This document shows positions 1-11,319 of a stretch of DNA of 64,000 bases, in pieces. Numbering within the stretch: position 1 is the first letter of the stretch; each line of letters opens with the position of its first letter. The position numbers were made by a program, and so were the translations under genes. The notes beneath the pieces were generated by a model that was given only the letters and a program-made list of their open reading frames with translations, was not told the origin of the DNA and did not search any database. Where the stretch lies: positions 186,001-250,000 of the forward strand of contig CDPCPM010000183.1 in the NCBI GenBank assembly GCA_976551045.1, read 5' to 3'. Source of the stretch: Glaucostegus cemiculus (taxonomy: Eukaryota).

Positions 1-800
1 TTACCTGTTGAGCCAGATGCCTTGGGATCAAGGGAGAGTCAGGGGACTTCTGCTCCGGTGTTATGGGTTCTGAGGTAGCTGATGAGGCCAATGTGGGAAA
101 TGCAGACTCTTCCCCACAGATGGGGGCAGTGGTGGCTGACGGGCCGGGTGGGGGGTAGGTGGTGTCTGAGAAGGTGCACTCCGTCCACCTCCCAGGCAAG
201 GTCCCTGCCTGCTCCCAATACGTGGCCTCAGAGTTCTCAGCGCCATCCTGTGCTCCTTCTCCACTTCAAGCGGTTGTTGGCCAGAGATTCCTGGAAGTCA
301 GTGGGGGGGGGGGGGAGGTTGCATTTCTTCAAGGATGCTTTGAGCCACATCTTTGAATCCTTTCCAGTGCCCATCTGCTAATTTCTTCCCATGACGGAGC
401 TGGGAATAGAGTGTATAGTTAGGGAGCCTGGTGGTGGGCATGTGTTTGTCTTGGCTGAGGGGGTGTGACGAAGGCCTCCAACTGGGAAGTTGGGAAAGGA
501 CGCTGATGTGTCCATCCAGTAATCAGCTATTCAGTTAATTACAAAACAATCTTATCGAATGTAAAGATTCGATGTGTGTGTTGGGATTTAGTCTCATTCC
601 ATTCTAACTATGGAGAGATAACAGTTGAGTGCTTTCTGTACAACCTGATAATAATTAAACTCTCCTTCCTCTATCAGCACATGTAGGATCTCTGAGACTC
701 CCACGGCAATTGGTGAGAGCTGTCTCTTGCACCGTTATCCAATGGTATAATTAATTATGAATCCTTCTCTCAAGGTGCACCTTCCAGAGTCTCAGACTAG

Positions 801-967
801 GGGAGACACAAGAGAGACTGCAGAGGTTGGAAATCTGGAACAACACACACAAAATGGTGGAGGACTGTGTCCTGGTGAAGGGTCTCGGCCCGAAATGTCG
901 ACTGTTCATTTCCCTTCATAGGCGCTGCCTGACCTGCTGAGTTCCTCCAGTGTTCTGTGTGTGTTGC
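801..967. mobile_element. Short fold-back Penelope-derived element with a degenerate hammerhead
   Basis: Inverted arms (caacacacacaaaatggtggagga / tcctccagtgttctgtgtgtgttg) enclose gtcctggtgaagggtctcggcccgaaatgtcgac. Flanked by the direct repeat tctcaga(c/t)tag at 790-800 and 968-978. Confidence 0.7.
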
Positions 968-1441
968 TCTCAGATTAGTGGGGGTATATTGACAGAGGCC
1001 AGTTTTAGTTGGGCTTTCAGATGAGGAGTTGGCAGCTGAGCCTCTCCTCTCCCACTTGTTGCGTGCACTTCTGGTCGCCACGCTACAGGAAGGGTATGAT
1101 TGCGCTGGAGAGAGTGCAGATGAGATCCATCAGGAAGTTGCCTGGATTGGGGAACTTTATACATGGGGAAGGATTGGACGGGCTGGGTTTGTTCTCCCTG
1201 GCCGGTAGGGATCTTCGATGATGGACATTGCCTCCTTGAGGCAGCTCCTCCTGTAGATACCACCGATGGTGAATCAACAGCTATGCACATCTTTACAGAA
1301 GCATTATGGTCTTCATGTGACAATTTTCCATTTTTAAGGGCAATATGTTGTATTTAAATAATAATTGTTATTTTTCTCATCAACCAACTGGCAACCATTG
1401 CAAGTAATTTTAGAATACTCGTATCATTTCTTCTTGCTCAG

Positions 1442-1479
1442 GCACTGGCAGAGGACTGATGACCACCAAAGCTCTCCAG
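1442..1479 (+). CDS. SETD4: SET domain-containing protein 4, internal coding exon (38 bp; (G)TGRGLMTTKALQ)
   Basis: Acceptor ttcttgctcag, donor gtcagt. The peptide is the SAM-binding GxGRGL motif, matching human SETD4 GTGRGLMSQTSLQ as recalled. Phase fits the next exon. Confidence 0.9.
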
Positions 1480-2404
1480 GTCAGTGATTTGTTTTTCAGT
1501 GGTGTTATTCCCTCCCTCCCTCCATGTCTTTCGAATGCCCTGGTTGGTCACTGTGATGGCCTGTTGTTCAGTTTGATTGTCCCATTGCTCTGAACAGCTC
1601 ACCCCGTGCTGGACCTGACTAAAACTGGACGTCACACTAGTACAGCTAGCAGGGCTGTTGCTTCGCAGTGCCAGACACCTGGGTTTAATCCTGGCTTTGG
1701 CTGCTGTCTGTGTGGAGTTTGCATGTTCTCCCGACGATGCTGAGGGTTTCCTCTGGGCAGTCTGGTTTCCTCCCACATTTAAAGATGTGCATGTTGATAG
1801 GTCAGTACCTTTTGTAAATTGCCAAATTGCCCTGGTGTACAGGTGAGGGGTAGAATCTGGGGAAGTCGATGAGAATGCAAGAAGAATTTTAAAAAAAGGG
1901 TTTTAATGTAGGGTTAGTGTAAATGGGTGGTTAATGGTCAGCAGGGATTCAATGGGCTGAAGGGTCTGTTCCCGAGCTGTATCTCTCCCTGACTCTGAAT
2001 GTGAATGTAACTATGGCACTGGGCTTATTTACTTGCTTTTGAAATGTTTAAGCACTGCAAGGCGGGAGTCCTGCAACGGTCACCCGACTCGTACTTCTGA
2101 GAAATGCTGCCTTGCGAGAGGCAGACTCTCGTGATGGGTTTCAGATTTGGGAAAAGAGATTGGTGGATTAATCGTTTTAAGTTGCAGAACGTGGAACAGT
2201 ACAGCCCAGGAGCAGGCCCTTCAGCCCACGATGTCTGTGCTGACCACATTGCCCAGTTAAAGTACATATCTTCTGCCTGCACATGATCCCTATCCCTCCA
2301 TTCCCTGAGGGATATGGATTACGACTGAGCTCTCTGCTGACTGTTTTCTCTCCCCTGCGGATTTGATCCTATGGCAGGAAGGAGTATTAAGTAACTAAAA
2401 CTAC

Positions 2405-2540
2405 CTTTACAGTTCCGATGAATGGTCCTTGACCAGATACGTTGACTCTTCCTCTCCACGCTGACTATGCTTCGCCTCCCAGAGCATTTCCAGCCATTCT
2501 CTGTTTTTATTTTGGATTTTCGGCATCTGCAGTTTTTCGC
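2405..2540 (+). mobile_element. Degenerate Penelope-type terminus (similar remnants at 7470-7545, 9585-9675, 26755-26810)
   Basis: cagttccgatgaatggtccttgaccagatacgttgactc...gcatctgcag aligns to 25705-25830. Confidence 0.55.
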
Positions 2541-2572
2541 TCCAACCTACTTCACTGTCGTTTCTCCTTCAG

Positions 2573-2661
2573 CCTGGAGAACTTGTTATTGCTTTACCTG
2601 AGGAATGTTTGCTCACCACCAGAACAGTCCTCGGCAGTTATCTGGGTGGATACATTGAGAG
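2573..2661 (+). CDS. SETD4: SETD4 coding exon (89 bp; PGELVIALPEECLLTTRTVLGSYLGGYIER)
   Basis: Acceptor tttctccttcag, donor gtatgt. Matches human EGQMIISLPESCLLTTDTVIRSYLGAYI. Confidence 0.93.
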
Positions 2662-3084
2662 GTATGTTGATCTCAGTGAAGCAGGATTTGATCTCATCAG
2701 CCACTGGAAGTATTACTTTAAATTTCAAATCATTTCTCTTGACGGGTTGAGCATAATCTATCAGATAGAATCATACGGCCCAGAAATGGATCCTTTTGCC
2801 CCATCTCCTCCGTGCCAACCACAATGCACTAATCCTCTGCCTGCATTAGGCATGTACCCCACCACCTACCTGTAACCTTGCCCGAAGCTCTTGTAAAGTT
2901 GATGCACATTTGTTGCATCTTCCTTCCTTGCTTTTATTATCTCATTGAAGAATTTTATTGCTTCTTACGCATAATCATCTATACCAGCTACTTCTGATTG
3001 TTTTAAGTATTGGGCAGACCATAGGGCCATAAAAACTTTAGGTCCAAAAGAGTTTCTAACTAAATTATTGGTAAATTCTGCCTT

Positions 3085-4100
3085 TAGGATGAGACTTTAA
3101 ACTGAGACCCTGTCTGTCCACTGAAATGGATGTAAAAGATCACAAGCCAAGAAGAGTAGGAGAATTAATTCTTCTGTGTCCCACCTGTTGGATCTGGTTA
3201 TTTTCGAATCCGCAGGTTCTTTCAGGAGTCCAAGAATGAGTTGAAGGCAACTTGGTGCTTCACAAAGTTTTATTGGAAAAGTTTATAACAAAGAAACAGT
3301 CACAGAGCACATGGCACTGGTTTTACTACTAGGAGATGAGCCGAGACAAAGGAACTAAGAATGAGCAAGTGCCGGAGGGGAAGAGAGCAAGAGGGAGATA
3401 GAGGCGAGAGAGAGAGAGACCAAGATAAGCAAGAGAGCAATTAACAAAAAAAGACACCTTTTATACCTGAGATAAGGTAACAATAGTCCAATCAGAATAC
3501 TCTTTCCCATTATTGAGTGATCCAATACCAGAGGCCATGCATTTGTGAGAGGGGGGCGGTTCAGAACGGACGTGAGGGGTACGTTTTTTACTGAGAGAGT
3601 GGTGGATGCCAGGAATGCATTGCCTAATAGGGCGGTGGAGGCAAACTCATTGGGGGCTTTTAAGAGGGGCTTGGATGGGCACATGAATGAGAGGAAAATA
3701 GAAGGATGTGGTTATTCTTTAGGTAGGAGGGAATAGCTATGTCGGCACAACATTGTGGGCCGAAGGGCCTGTTCTGTGCTGTACTGTTCTATGTTCTTAA
3801 AACCTATTAGATCCCTGTGGAAAAATCAACCAATGAGAAAACACGTATTCACCTGATGGACGAACCAATAAGCTTGGAAGCGGCCATCCCTTGTGCAGCC
3901 ACTTGAGGTGTATTAAACACGAAACATGTTAAAGAAAACTACTTAAGACAGTCGAATCCAACACACCCATTATTTAACTCTCAACCAATATCAGAAAATA
4001 AAGCAGATTATCTGGTCGTTATCACATGGCTAGTTGTGAGAACATGCACTGTGAAGAATTAGCTCCTGAGGCCCAACATTGACTACACTCCAAATGTTAT
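3085..4100 (+). mobile_element. SacSINE1-like (DeuSINE) copy split by the solo LTR
   Basis: ggatgagactttaaactgagaccctgtctg...gtaaaagatc on the left and cagattatctggtcgttatcacat...gactacact on the right match the recalled Deu-domain SINE consensus. Confidence 0.6.
3186..3963 (-). mobile_element. Solo LTR with an internal CR1 fragment
   Basis: Termini TGTTGGAT...ATCCAACA (perfect 8-bp inverted repeat), 4-bp TSD CACC at 3182-3185 and 3964-3967. Minus-strand TATAAAA (3459-3465) and AATAAA (3269-3274). Several CCAAT boxes. Confidence 0.75.
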
Positions 4101-4187
4101 TAAATGTTGAGACCTCCTGATGCATGGGAGTCACCCTTTCCTTGTTAATATTCTGCATTGGTTAAAGTTTTGATTTGTTCTTCCCAG

Positions 4188-4617
4188 GTGGAAACCACGT
4201 TTGTCTCCTCTCCAAGCCCTGTGTACGTTCCTCATCGCTGAGAGACATTTTGGGAGCCGGTCTCCCTGGAAACCTTACATCGATGTCTTGCCAAAGTCAT
4301 ACACCTGTCCAGTTTATTTTACAGAGGGTTCAATAAGACTGCTTCCTGGACCTTTGATTAAAAAGTCTTGGGAGCAAAAGAAAGTGGTTCAGGAGCTCTA
4401 CCTTACTTCCAAGTGCTTCTTCAATTCTTTGCAGCCCTTGTTTTCTGAAAGCATAGAGAATATTTTTACGTTCAACGCCCTGTGTTGGGCCTGGTGCAGC
4501 GTCAATACCAGGACAATTTATATGAAGCACGAACAGAGCAAGTTCTTTTCCAGAGAGCCCGATGTCTACGCTTTGGCACCATACTTAGACCTGCTGAACC
4601 ACACACCTGATGCTCAG
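4188..4617 (+). CDS. SETD4: SETD4 large SET-domain exon (430 bp; WKPRLSPLQALCTFL...ALAPYLDLLNHTPDAQ)
   Basis: Acceptor ttcttcccag, donor gtaaga. Lies in ORF 4201..4671. Contains WAWCSVNTR and the SET motif LDLLNH. Confidence 0.97.
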
Positions 4618-5212
4618 GTAAGAAGGCAGAAAGCAGCTATGGTTAAAATAGATCGTTCCACAGGAAGCTGACATAATGTCTATTAACAAATACTGCTGCT
4701 GCTCTTAATAGCTCTGCAATTAAACTCAATGAAATAATCTTTAAAGTTGGATAGGTCTTCTCTCTAACCTATGCCCCCTTCATCGTCCTTTTCTAGATGT
4801 GTTTGCATTTTTGTGCGTGACGTAACGTTGATTTATGTTCAGTGTTGTGTGTGGCTCCTCAAGGTCACGTATTGGTGCAAAGATGGTTGAGAGGAGATTT
4901 GACGATGGGGGGCGGGTACAAAATCGTGATTGGTTCATAGTGGGGAGCTGTTCCCATCAGCAGATGGTTCATTGCCAAGAGTACATAGATATAAAGTTGT
5001 AGGTGAAACTACTGGAAGGGACGTGAGGGGAAACCTTCTTATGCAGGGAGCAGTGTTGCAGAACTCGCTATCTGTCAGAGTGGCAGTCACTTGGGCTTTC
5101 AAAAGGAGTATAAAAAACTGCAGATGCTGGAAATCTGAAACATACTGGAAGCACTTAGCAGTTCCTCCCAGTTTCCCCTTCTCGTATCTTTTTAAAGATG
5201 CAAAAATTAATA

Positions 5213-5862
5213 GAATATAGAACACTACAGCACAGTACAGGCCCTTTGGCCCACAATGTTGTGCCAACATTTTAGCCCGCTCTAAGATCCATCTCACCCT
5301 TCCCTCCCACACAGCCCCCTATTTCTCTATCATTCATGTGTCTATCTAAGAGTCTCTTAAACATCCCTAATGGATCTGCCTCTGCTGACAGTGTGTTCAA
5401 CGCACCCACCACTCTCTGTGTGGAAAAAAAAACTTACCCCTGACATCCCCCTTATATCTTCCTCCAATCACTTTAAAATTATGCTCCCTCATGTTAGCCA
5501 TTTTTGCCCTGGGAAAAAGTCTCTGACTGTCCTCTTGATCTATGCCTCTTAGTATCTTGTACACCTCTTTCAAGTCACCTTTCGTCCTCCTTCTCTCCAA
5601 AGAGAAAAGCCCTAGCTCACTCAACCTATCCTCATAAGACATGCTCTCCAATCCAGGCAACATCCTGGTAAATCTCCTCTGCCCCTTCTCTAAAGCTTCC
5701 ACATCCTTCCTATCATGAGGCGACCAGAACTGAACACAATACTCCAAGTGTGGTCTAACCAGAGTTCTACAGAGCTGCAACATTATCTGGCAGCTCTTAA
5801 ATTCAGTCCCCTGACTAATGAAGGCCAACACTTCATACGCCTTCTTAACAACCCTATCAACC
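5213..5862 (-). mobile_element. CR1/HER1-like LINE 3' fragment
   Basis: ORF 5397..5885 (LVRPHLEYCVQFWSPH...QRRFTRMLPGL) and the CR1 3' tail. Confidence 0.9.
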
Positions 5863-5864
5863 TG

Positions 5865-7155
5865 TGATGATGAGATTTTCCACACCAGTGCCTTTAAGAT
5901 GTCTTCCTTTTAATGTAACCATGGCTTCCCCTTGGCTGACAAGGCTCTTAGCTCTTTTTCCTACACTTTGCTTTCATCTCCCTGTCACCCCAGGCAGACA
6001 GGTTTCCTCGACCTTATCTTCCAGCCGTCCAGGATTCACATCAATGCATCATCGATAATTTCTGCTGACTTCATTGCGATTCCACCACTAGACACATCTT
6101 CCCTCCTCTTTCAGCATTCAGGAGGGATCGTTCCTGCTGCATCTTCCTGGTCTGTGCTTGCATCTCACCTGTCATCCCCTTTCTCACACCACTTCCCCAT
6201 GCCATTGCAGGAAGTGCAATGCTAGACCTTTTAACCTCTTTCCTTCCCACCATCCAGGGACCCAAACACTCCTTCCAGTTGAACCAATGATTCACACGTA
6301 CTCCCTCCAATTTGGTTTAATGCACTGGGTGCTCACCATGTTGTCTGCTCTACGTTAGAGAAGCCAAATGCAGGTTGGGTGACTACTTTAAGAACACTTC
6401 TCTTCAATCTACGCGCGTGACTCTGAGGTTCACTTTAATTCTCTGTCCCACTCCCACTCTAACCTCCCATGTCTGTGGTCTCCTGCATTGCTCCAATGAT
6501 GCCCAGTGCAAACTTAAAGAACAACACCTCAACTTCCACCTGGACACGTTGCAGCTCTTGGGACTTAATATTGAATTCAACAATTTCAGCTAACCACTCT
6601 TGAACTAACTACTCTCATATGCTAAAAGGTGATCTCTTGGACTCTTGATACCTTGCCATGGCCCTTGCACTTTATTTGTCTACCTGACCTGCACTTTTTC
6701 TGCAACTATAACACTACATTCTGCAATATCACCCCCCTCACCTGCCTATCAAACCCCCCCCCCCCAACACCTGGATCTACCCATCGTTCTCCCCGTGTCT
6801 GTGTGGATTTCCTCCGGGTGCTCCGGTTTCCTCCCACATTCCAAGGCCGTATGGGTTAGGAAGTTATGGGCATGTTATGTCGGCGCAGGAAGCGCGGCGA
6901 CACTTGCGGGCTGCCCCCCAAAATCACTGTGCAAAAGATGTATTTCACTGTGTGTTTCGATGTACATGTGACTAATAAAGATTTTATCTCTCGCCTGCCA
7001 GCTCTTGCTCCAGTCCTTCTCCCACCTCTTTACACTGGCTATCTCCTCTCTTTATTTCCAGTCCAGATGAAGGGTCTCCACCCGAAATGTTGACTGTCCA
7101 TTACCCTCTACGGATGCTGCCTGACTCGCTGAGTTCCTCCAGCTCTTTGTGTGTT
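5865..7155 (+). mobile_element. Decayed Penelope-like element (RT-EN linker, GIY-YIG, 3' end with hammerhead) with nested LINE-tail and SINE fragments
   Basis: KLKEQHLNFHLDTLQLLGLNIEFNNF in ORF 6375..6593 is homologous to the 22139 copy. cagtccagatgaagggtctccacccgaaatgttgactg at about 7059-7096. Confidence 0.75.
6786..6983 (+). mobile_element. 5'-truncated V-SINE-like element, tail A, nested in a PLE end
   Basis: Same core and tail as 14428-14683, ending gtgactaataaaga. Confidence 0.8.
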
Positions 7156-8721
7156 GCACCATATTCTGCATTCTGTTTTCCTTCTTACTACCTCAACGCA
7201 CTTGTGTACGAAATGATCTGTCTGGATGGCATGCAAACAGAAGCTTCTCAGTGTACCTCAGTACATGCGACAATAATAAACCAGTTTCATTTCCAATTTG
7301 CTCTTTCCACGGATGTGACTGTACGCTTTTGTTTCAGTTTATTTCCTCTCTTTTCCCCCTTCTGTCTCCATCTGCTGGTTTTTAAGTTGTTACCTTGACA
7401 ACTGTAGTCTGCACCCTATCACAGCGGTTCATCCTGTTCTTGCTGCTCCTCTCTGCAACTTCAAGCACGCTTTTCCAGTTCTGATCACCGGTCCTTCACC
7501 TGAACTCCGTCACTCACTCCACAGCTACTGCTTGATCCGCTGAGTTGTATTGAAGGGTGTTTGGATCGACGCTTGCCAGGAAGTAAGTTAATCCAGTGGG
7601 AAAGAGCAGGGAATGGGATCAAATCGTCTGCTAGATAAGGAACTGGTGTGTTGGAGACACTAGACTGCAGATTGGTATTGGTTTATTATTGCCACTTGTA
7701 CCGAGGTACGGTGAAAAGCTTGTCTTGCATACCAGTCGTACAGGTCAATTCATTGCACAGTGCAGTTACATAGTTAGTACAGAGTGCATTGATGTAGTAC
7801 AGGTAAAAACAACAGTACAGAATAAAGTGTCACAGCATGAGAGAAAATTCAGAGCAATAAGGTGCAAGGTCACAACAAGGTAGATCGTGAGGTCAGAGTC
7901 TACCTCATCGTATAAGGGAACTGCTCAATAGTCTTATCATAGTGGGGTAGAAGCTGTCCTTGAGCCTGGTGGTGTGTGCCGTCAGGCTCCTGTATCTTCT
8001 ACTTGATGGGAGAGGAGAGAAGAGAGAATGTCCTGGGTCTTTGATTATGCCGGCTGCTTCACCAAGGCAGCGAGAGGTAAAGACAGAGTCCAATGCAGGA
8101 ATCCGGAGCAACGAATCTCTCCTGGTGCAGGATTTCAACATGAAACATAGATAATTCCTTCTCACCTCCCCCACCCCCCCACCCCAACCCCCCCTCCGCA
8201 GGTGCTGTTCTTCCGGGAAACTGGTGTGTATTCAGTGGGTCGCACAACCTCTTTCTCTCCGGCTGCCCATTCATCCGAGACCACTGTTACAGCCAAATCA
8301 ATAATTGGCCTTCTCCATTTAAGATTTCAGGGTGGTTCCAGATGTCCTCCCCTGCAGTATTCTGCTGTGTCCTGCCCCGACCCCGTGCTGTCTCCGTGTT
8401 CACCCGTTCCTTCAGTTGGCAACCTTGACAAAACCATTGCCGATCCTTCTGCCAAGGTTTTCAGGACCAAAGTGTCAAGATGACTTGCTGACAGGAAGGA
8501 AAGCACCCAGCGCGAGCCAGCCTGAGCTGCTGATCTGTCCTCTCCTAGCAACGGTTTCCAGAGCAAGATTGGCATGAGTCGGGACCCTGGTCCAATGGCC
8601 ACCCAAGGCTCCGTGCCCCATTTCCCACCCAGAGAAACGAGTGTGAGTGGGAAAGGAAAACACCCGCTGTAGCCGTGACACAGAGATCGGAGAGTTAGCA
8701 GCAGCCATCCACAATTTTTGT

Positions 8722-8985
8722 GACATAGAACACTGCAGCACAGTACAGGCCCTTCAGCCCACAATGTTGTGCCGACATCCTGCTCTCAGACCTGTCTAAC
8801 CCTTCCTTCCCACATAGCCCTCCATTTTTCTATCATTCATGTATCTTAAATGTCCCTAATGTATCTTCCCCCACAACCTCTGCCGGCAGTGTGTTCCATG
8901 CACCCACCACTCTCTGTGTAAACAAAGAAACTTACCCTTGACATCCCCCTTATACCTTCCTCCAATCACCTTAAAATTATGACAC
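8722..8985 (-). mobile_element. CR1 3' end fragment
   Basis: Homologous to 5213-5480. Confidence 0.8.
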
Positions 8986-9747
8986 GCTTTTGTTCAGGAA
9001 AGTGACCCAGAATCCAACAAAATGTGGATGCTAGCCACAGCAGTGTTAAAGGATGTTGCCAAAGAGTTGGACTTTTACAAAGGGAGCAGGAGGAGGAAGA
9101 GCCGACATTGATGATCACACAAGAGGCCAAGCCTGGAAGTTGGAGGGGCAGAGGAGATTGCACAGGTGGGGAGGGGCCAAGGTCTTAGAGAGGGTTAAAC
9201 ACAAACATGACGTTTCAGCGTCTGTGGAGGCAAAGGGATGATTAACATTTCAAGTTCAAGTTTATTCTCATGGCGTACATACCCAATGTATAAACGCCGT
9301 GAAAATTAGCTTCTTCCAGCAGCAGCATAATACATTACAAACATAAATTAGGTAAACTTAAATTAACATAAATTATACATAATTTGCGTAACATAATAAA
9401 CAAAATTAACATAATGACATTGGTGCTAGTTGAGGGAGTTGAGATCCTGTGTCAGGTCCTTGCCTTCCCCACCTCTGACCCTGTAACTTCCAGAGCTCTC
9501 TGTTCCAGGTTTGGCCGCTTGCTCAGTCATCACTGTTGGCTGAGCCAAAAGCCCTTCCTTAAACCTCTCCGTCCTCCTGCTCCTCTGCCTCCACGGATGC
9601 TGCCCGACCCACGGAGTTCCTCCAGCAGCTGGCTTCTGTGCTCCAGATCACAGCATCGTCAGTCTCTTGTTGCTCCGTGACATTCCAGTTTTGTGCACCC
9701 TGAGCTGTTCACAGATCGAGTTTGACTTGTATTATTTTTGCTGTCAG

Positions 9748-9922
9748 GTATCAGCTGCCTTCAACCAGCGAAGTAAACGTTACGAGATCAGAACATTGAC
9801 AAAATGCAGGAGATACGAGCAGGTTTTTATCTGCTATGGTCCACACGACAACCAGCAGCTCCTCTTGGAGTACGGATTTGTGGCCGGCAGTAACCCACAC
9901 AGTGTGGTTTACGTTGACAAAG
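9748..9922 (+). CDS. SETD4: SETD4 coding exon (175 bp; VSAAFNQ...VFICYGPHDNQQLLLEYGFV...VYVDK)
   Basis: Acceptor ttttgctgtcag, donor gtgagg. Contains the catalytic Tyr motif FICYG and LLxYGF of LSMT-type SET proteins. Confidence 0.97.
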
Positions 9923-10473
9923 GTGAGGCTGTTGCACCTGAGCTGACGCAAGGGTGAATTTGTTACTCTTCGGTTACTCTTCCAGTCTTCTGTTACTATC
10001 CATCCCCTTCTTCCAAAGATTCACCTCTATGTTCAGTGTCTCATCAATAACTGAGGCTGGGAGGGTTGGAAGATCGCTCTGTGTATCAACAATGACCCTC
10101 TGGAACCCACTGTTGGAGAGCAGGTGTTTAATGGTAATTTTATCCCAACTCATGTAACCGGGTGAAAGGTTCACCTGCCAGATATACCCTTCTGGGGATT
10201 TTGTTGCAGAATAAAGTCCTGCAGGGTATAAAACCAGTGGTACATCCTAATGCCGTGTCTTTCCTTTTATCTAGTTAAGTTAAATGCACCTCAGATCACC
10301 CATCTCTTTTCAGTAAGTGTCGTGGTTCTCTACTGGCCCCTTCACTGTGACTAGTAACGAAGCACGTGGGGGAATGTGGACCTCATCGCAGTTGAATTTC
10401 AGTTCTTCATCACCTATGTCAACATGCTGTACATATGAAAAGATTATCTTTTTAAAGAGGCAAAAAATTAATA

Positions 10474-11211
10474 TAATATAGAACACTACAGCACAGTACA
10501 GGCCCTTCAGCCCACAATGTTGTGCTGATGTTTTATCTTGCTCTAATATCTATCTAACCCTTCCCTCCCACATCTAACCCCCCCCCCCCCCATTTTTCTA
10601 TCATTCATGTGCCTATCTAAGAGTCTCTTAAATGTCCCTAATGTATCTGCCCCCACAACCTCGGCAGGCAGTGTGTTCCATGTACCCACCACTCTCTGTG
10701 GGGAAAATAAAAACTTACTCCTGATATCTCCCTTGTATGTTCCTCCAACCACCTTAACATTATGCCCCTTCGTGTTAGCCATTGTCGCCCTGGGAAAAAG
10801 TCTCTGACTGTCCATTCGATCTATGCCTTTTATCATCTTGTACACCTCTATCAAGTCACCTTCTCATCCTCCTCCTCTTCAAAGAAAAAAGATCTCGCTC
10901 GCTCAACCTATCCTCATAAGACATGCTCTCCAATCCAGGCAACATCCTGGTAAATCTCCTCTGCACCCTCTCTAAAGCTTCCACATCCTTCCTATAATGA
11001 GGCGACCAGAACTGAACAGAGTACTCCATATGTGGTCTGACCAGAGTTCTATAGAGCTGCAGCATCACCTTGCAGCTCTTGAACTCAATCCCCCGACTAA
11101 TAAAGGCCAACACTCCATACGTCTTCTTAACAACCCTATCGACCTGCGTGGCAACCTTGAGGGATCTATGGACGGGGACCCCAAGATCCCTCTGTTCCTC
11201 TACACTGCTAA
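10474..11211 (-). mobile_element. CR1/HER1-like LINE 3' fragment
   Basis: ORFs 10856..11113 and 10543..10854 encode the CR1 ORF2 C-terminus. Confidence 0.9.
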
Positions 11212-11237
11212 AATGTGTGTTTGGTGTTGGATTTCAG

Positions 11238-11319
11238 ATATTCTTTGCAATCACCTTTCCCCAAAGGACAAACTGCTGAATGGAAAGCTGTTATTCCTGC
11301 AGGACCAAGGTCTCTTGGA
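11238..11319 (+). CDS. SETD4: SETD4 coding exon (82 bp; DILCNHLSPKDKLLNGKLLFLQDQGLLE)
   Basis: Acceptor atttcag, donor gtaagt. Phase-compatible with both neighbours. Aligns to human EILVKYLPSTDKQMDKKISILKDHGYIE. Confidence 0.9.

Noticed and set aside
4618-4671. ORF-track extension of the SETD4 exon to a stop codon (single-exon protein)
   Set aside because: Homology ends at the gtaaga donor at 4618 and continues in the exon at 9748.
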